Source: Guillardia theta CCMP2712
Lineage: Eukaryota > Protista > Cryptophyta
Direction: 5' to 3'
Length of the DNA stretch: 64,000 nt
NCBI RefSeq assembly: GCF_000315625.1
Contig: NW_005434573.1
Span: forward strand, 1 to 64,000
Shown here: positions 58,870 to 64,000 of the stretch, piece by piece
How the letters are laid out: each line of letters begins with the position of its first letter
Numbering within the stretch: position 1 is the first letter of the stretch
The notes under the pieces: model-generated
What the model was told of the DNA's origin: nothing
The model's input: the letters and a program-made list of their open reading frames with translations, nothing else
The model's database searches: none
Program-made: the position numbers and the translations under genes

Positions 58870-60570
58870 ATGCACAGGGTACAGTGGAGTGTCTGCAGGG
58901 TGGCGGGAGGGGCGCGGAGGAAATCGCTGTCGCATGCTCTCAATGGCGTCTGTTCCTTCATGCCATCTCGCCTCCTCTGTGTAGCAGAAGCCTCCTCGAG
59001 TGGCAGACGTCAGCACAAGTTTGCCTCCCTCCAACGGGGTACAACCGGCAAACACCTCTCAGCTGTTCTCAACGGGTTCTCGGCGCGCCATGGACGGTTC
59101 TTCAGCCAAGGTGCAGGCGACAAGATGGTATCTCCCGAGATGGTGTACATCAGAGGAGAGGAGATGACAACTTACTGTATGGACCTCATCCTTGACAAGT
59201 GGATTTATCCTCATGTTGACACCTCGAAATGGGAATTCTTCGATTTGAGCTGCAAGTCCAGAGACGAGACGGACGACCAGGTGCTTCGCGATGCCGTCAA
59301 GGCCGGCAAGAGGGTTGGGTCGATCTTCAAGGAGCCAACGGTCACCCCGTCAGCCGAGCAGAGGAAGTCCATGGGCCTCAAGAAGGCGCTCCCGTCGCCC
59401 AACGGCGCAATGAGGAGGGGATGGAACGGCATTACTATCTCCAGGGACACCATCCACATCGAAGGACTGAAGCTCGGCTTTGAGAAGCCTGTCCTCTTCG
59501 AGCGGCATGCTGTAGGAGGAGAGTACGGAGCAGGATACGACACGGTAGGGAGCGGGGTCCTTAATACCATCTTCACTGCTGAGAACGGCAAGACGATTGT
59601 GGTTGACTCTCGTCAGCTGGACAACAAGTCCAACGCTGTCGTCACCTACCACAACCCGCTGGACAACGTGGAGGACATGGCTCACATCTTCTTTCAGAGG
59701 TGCCTGGAGGCAGAGGTCACCCCCTACGTTGTGACCAAGAAGACTGTGTTCAAGTGGCAGGAGCCGTTCTGGCTCAAGTTCAAGGAGGTCTTTGACGAGC
59801 ACTACAGGGCAGAGTTTCTGGGCAGAGGCCTCATCCTCAAGACGGGAGGAGAGCTCCAGCATCTCATATCAGACGCCGCCACCATGCAGATCATCCGATG
59901 GACCGGCGGAGGGTTCGGCATGGCGGCGCACAACTACGACGGGGACATGCTCACGGACGAGATCGCGCAGATCCATCGCAGTCCGGGCTTCATCACGTCG
60001 AACCTCATCGGCAAGAACGACGACGGCAGCCTGATCAAGGAGTTCGAGGCCTCCCATGGCACCGTCGCTGACATGTGGCATGCGCACTTGGAGGGGAAGG
60101 AGACGAGTCTGAACCCCCTGGGGCTCGTGGAGGCCCTGATAGGCGCCATGCAGCACTCGGTTGCTCTCCACAAGGGCCCGCACGAGCTTCACGACTTCGC
60201 CAACAAGATCAGGAGATGCATGCACCTCGCCTTCACCAACGGGCTCGGGACTCGGGACCTTGCCGGGCCGGAGGGGCTGACGACTGAGAAGTTTGTCGAC
60301 GCGATCGCAGAGCTTCTCAACGATGCTCCTCTTGACCAGGTCATCGACAAGTACAACCCGCAGCACAACGTGACGAAGCAGGCGGCGGACGCCTCGACCT
60401 TCGACATCGACGAGCAGGCGATGAAGAAGCTGTTTGAGGACCTCGACACCAACAAGGACGGGTCCCTGTGCTACAAGGAGTTCGCCCAGGGGCTCAAACG
60501 GCTCAATGTCGCGCCCAAGAAGGGAAAGCGACTGAGGATGTTGAGAATCTCGTTGGAGGATCCGGTCTAG
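58870..60570 (+). CDS. IDH: Type II homodimeric isocitrate dehydrogenase, probably NAD+-specific and mitochondrial, with C-terminal EF-hand
   Basis: GEEMT, KEPTVTP, SPNGAMR, NYDGD, EASHGTVADM; R/S-rich N-terminal extension; DTNKDGSLCYKE loop. Confidence 0.93.
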   Translation: MHRVQWSVCRVAGGARRKSLSHALNGVCSFMPSRLLCVAEASSSGRRQHKFASLQRGTTGKHLSAVLNGFSARHGRFFSQGAGDKMVSPEMVYIRGEEMTTYCMDLILDKWIYPHVDTSKWEFFDLSCKSRDETDDQVLRDAVKAGKRVGSIFKEPTVTPSAEQRKSMGLKKALPSPNGAMRRGWNGITISRDTIHIEGLKLGFEKPVLFERHAVGGEYGAGYDTVGSGVLNTIFTAENGKTIVVDSRQLDNKSNAVVTYHNPLDNVEDMAHIFFQRCLEAEVTPYVVTKKTVFKWQEPFWLKFKEVFDEHYRAEFLGRGLILKTGGELQHLISDAATMQIIRWTGGGFGMAAHNYDGDMLTDEIAQIHRSPGFITSNLIGKNDDGSLIKEFEASHGTVADMWHAHLEGKETSLNPLGLVEALIGAMQHSVALHKGPHELHDFANKIRRCMHLAFTNGLGTRDLAGPEGLTTEKFVDAIAELLNDAPLDQVIDKYNPQHNVTKQAADASTFDIDEQAMKKLFEDLDTNKDGSLCYKEFAQGLKRLNVAPKKGKRLRMLRISLEDPV

Positions 60571-60797
60571 CCATGTTGCATCGTCAACTCAAGACAACTG
60601 CCTTCTTCTCGCCTCCTTATCCTCCTCCAACACACAACACACTCCCTCCTCACTCCTCTTGATCGCCATTGCCCGCTCATACTCGCCAGTGCTCCTTCAC
60701 CAGTCGTCCAGCAGGTGCTCTGGTATCTTCATTCCTAGCTCCTTCTGCAGACGATCCCTGGGTAGCGGTGAGACAGGGAGGGAGGAAGGGAGCACCT

Positions 60798-63014
60798 TCA
60801 CATGTTCGTTTCCTCCCGCACGCTTTCCTCGCTCGGCTCTCCCTCCTGTAGCTTGTAGAGCTTCGCGTGAGTCTCGGTGAGCACGAGATACTTGCTGCCG
60901 ATGGCGCATCCGGCAATCACGTCGTCCTCCTCATCGAACTGTATGACCTGCCCTACAACATCAGAGATCATCTCGGCAGGCCGTTCAGACTGACTTCCTC
61001 TCTCGAAACCCTCCTTCTCTTGCAGTGCTCGAACACCTGGCAAGTCGTGTGAGCAGCTCCTCACAGGTTCAGTCGGCCAGAAAGGACCGTGAAGCTGAAG
61101 GAAGCGTCGTTCATGACAAGAAAGCTCAGGTCCGAGCTGAAGGTCACTGCCACCTTCTCCTCCTTGTGCTTCTGCGGTGAGCTCTTCAGCATCAAGGGAG
61201 AGGAGGAGAAAGAGGAGGAGCACATGGATGTACGCGATGGCAGAGAAGGAGGAGAGGTGCTCGATCTTTGCCGCAACTCCTTCCTCGACCTTGACAAGTG
61301 TCATCATCTGAAAGGCACATGGCATCTCGTGGTATGGAGAAGAAGGCAAATCAGATTCCCATCTGCAAATCCCAAACCACCTCAGTCTGTGGATCGGAGA
61401 GCTTGAGCACGTGGAGGTCGTTCATTCCAGTAGGACCCGTAGTCTGTACCTCTTCGTTACTCTCCTCCTCCTCCTCCTCCTCCTCCTCCTCCTACTCCCC
61501 CCCCCCCCCCCTCCTACACCACCACGCCAACCACATCCTCCTCAACCGAACGCGAGCCAAGCAGCTCACCGAGACTCCCAGCATGGGAAGGTCGTAAGGC
61601 TCAGCTGTCGGCCCACCTGCAAGGATGTCAACTTAAGGGGAGCGGATCAGGAAGCCTCACTTAAAGCCACGAACTGAAAGTGATTCCCAGCATCCTCTAG
61701 CTGGGGAGACAGCAGGGGTCAGGAAGAGACAGCTGGTCGGACTCGATCATACTGACCTTCTCGCTGGCCACCCTCCAAGTGGAGGAGCCCGCGCCCTCCC
61801 CGCTGCCGTCTCGCAGCTTGCATCTGGAGCTGTGGAGGAGGAAGGTCAGCGAGCAGGAGGAAACGCTGGCAGCCTGACTGACATGTACACTGGAGCTTCG
61901 TCCATGATGTCAAGGAAGGAGAGGTCGACAAGCTGTCCCTTTCCCCTCACGTTCTCCTCCTCCTGCTGGAACGGGATTCGGGACACCGTGAAGATCTACA
62001 GACCAGCAGGTTCTCAGGTGGAGGAGTATCGTATAGTGTTGTCAACCTCATCGGCAGACGGCCAGATGCGCGCCAGGTCAGGATAGATTCCTCCTACATT
62101 GAGCCCAGCGCTGTAGAGCAGAGACAACGACTCGTCATCCTCCGCATGCTGGAGCTTGACGAGCTGGAGTTTGCAAGCAGACGGTTGGAGGCCGCACTCG
62201 TTCGACTCGTCGAGGGCAGAGAAGACGGCCAGGAGGATGGAGAGGGTCTTCCCTTCTGGGCTGTACCTCAGGTCCACGACATGGTACCCCTCGTGGTAGT
62301 CGACTCTCCTGACCTCCCTTTCGGACTCATCGCTCTCTTCCTCCACGTCCTTGTCATCCTCCTTCACACGGCAGACGTCGACGCAGGATCCGTGCTCTTG
62401 CAACTTGGCCCGCGCAAACACCTAGGAGACGATCCTCTCAGCAGGGCCCGAGAGCTGCACCCCCTACCCCACATCCTCTACCTCCCTCCTTCTTCCTTCC
62501 CTCTCCCTCCCTCCCTCTCACTACCTCTCTCCCACCCTCACTCTTTCTACCTCACTCCTTCTAACGCATTCCTTTCTCACACCATTCATGTCATGCCCTC
62601 TTCATCCTCTCCTCACATTCCTTTCTCCCTCACATGATACGAATGCGATGGCGACAAGCTCCTCTTGATCAGCGACACATTCCCGTCCTGCCGGCACACC
62701 ACCACATACTGAGCATCCCCGCACACAGATACAATCTCCCCGCTCCTCAGCTTGGGCCTGAGCTGCACCACATGCTCCAGCTCGATATCGTCTCCTGCCC
62801 TCACAGTCAGCCTTCCCACCCATCGCACGAGGACGAGGACGAGGACCCTTGAGCTGGAGGCGGGAGATCCCACTATCCCTCCTCACTAGGAAGAACGATG
62901 ACTGAGGCTGCAGCCGGTCGCGCTGGAGGTCGTCGAAGCAGATGCGGAATGCAGTACTCGCATAATCCACTCCTGACCCCAATTGCCTGCAGCAACAGAA
63001 GTTCGAGGTGAACG

Positions 63015-63053
<39 letters not shown>

Positions 63054-63373
63054 AGAGATGAGGTTGGTGGAGTTGAGGTGAGAGATTAGGAGGGGAACGA
63101 GGAAGGGGAACAAGGAGAGGAGCTTTCAAGAACCTGCTGGTCACACGGAGTCCAGAGGAGATCCGAGTCTTGGTGATGGTCTTGAACATGGGTTCCTGCA
63201 GAGAGTGAGGGCACGAGAGGGAGGCAGGAAGGGTCTCGTCACATTGCAGAGCTTGTAGGTCTGGAAGTCTTCGTTCAACTTCGTCCTGTGACCTCCATCA
63301 GTGTGACCTCAGACCGGGTCCGCATGCACCGTTCGATCAGTCTCCGCTTCCCCGCCCTCCCCTCCATGGCCAT
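60798..63373 (-). CDS. NUDCD1: NudC domain-containing protein 1 (NUDCD1)-like, many exons
   Basis: Spliced N-terminus IERTKLNEDFQTYKLCNEP and C-terminal HLSSFSAIAYI..KEEK..FSSDLSFLV, VIAGCAIGSKYLVLTE resemble NUDCD1 conserved blocks (recalled, not searched). Confidence 0.6.
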
Positions 63374-64000
63374 ATCCGACAGTGACGAGCTACACAGGGT
63401 GCAGTGGGCAAGAGCGATGGCAAACCACCCCAGCGAAAGGCAGCGTCTCCTCGCCTGGAGAGGAATCTGAACCAGCGACGTGTGTCATCCTCCAAAACAT
63501 CTGCAGCCGCTCCTTCTTCTTTATCTCCCCCTCCTCTCCTCCCCTGCCTCCCTGCTTCTCTCCTTACCTCCCTCCCTCTCTTCCCTCCCTCTCCTCCCTT
63601 GTTCATTCTCGTCCATCTCCTCCCTCCCTCCCTCCCTCCCTCCCTCCCTCCCTCCCTCCCTCCCCCCACATCCCTCCCTCACTCACTCTCCATACTTCCT
63701 CCAAGACTCTCTTAACCAGCCCTGTCCCTACAGCCTCATCCTCATCCACGTCCCTTCCCCCCCATCTTTCGCCACTCTCTCCCTCCTCCCGCCGCCACCC
63801 TCCCCATTCCATTCTACGCCCCCTGCCCCAGCCCCAATCCGCCCAGAGGGCAACCTCGAATGAAACCCGAAATTCCACGATGGGGAGGGGGAGGGAAGCG
63901 ACGGAGAATGTAAGCGGAGAATGTAAGCAATGGGGATGGCAAAGGGAGAGCTTGTGCCAGCAGCACTGTGGTAAGAACATTGCAAGCGCTGCTCGCTCAG

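Noticed and set aside
1-64000. tRNA/rRNA genes, LTR or LINE coding domains
   Set aside because: None recognised by eye; tRNAscan-SE, Infernal and RepeatMasker were not run, so small RNAs could be missed.

Overview
Eukaryotic nuclear DNA: gene-dense, with many ~45-90 nt GT-AG introns, purine/pyrimidine microsatellite introns and two 100-N assembly gaps. Gene style (small RWP-RK genes, 'IWNRxTW' HTH protein, bipartite presequences, NAD-type IDH with EF-hand) suggests a cryptophyte such as Guillardia theta (inference). Recognisable genes, spliced by hand: SHIPPO/PGP-repeat ciliary protein, three tandem RWP-RK genes, Dcp2-type decapping enzyme, cytochrome P450, JmjC hydroxylase, methyltransferase-like protein, MRS2/CorA Mg2+ channel, HTH protein, 60S acidic ribosomal protein P2, ABCG transporter, type II IDH and NUDCD1-like protein. 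Non-coding features: a 2.1-kb TIR element with a 3-bp TSD, a 0.42-kb MITE, small dispersed repeats, and recurrent GC-rich tracts built from short palindromes. Main observation: two normally cytosolic gene-expression proteins (P2 and Dcp2) carry a signal peptide plus a leader containing a ubiquitin-C-terminus-like (R)LRGG motif. In P2 the motif lies exactly before the mature Met. This suggests periplastid (nucleomorph cytosol) import with deubiquitinase-like leader cleavage. No searches or computations were run, and coordinates of weakly supported genes are approximate.
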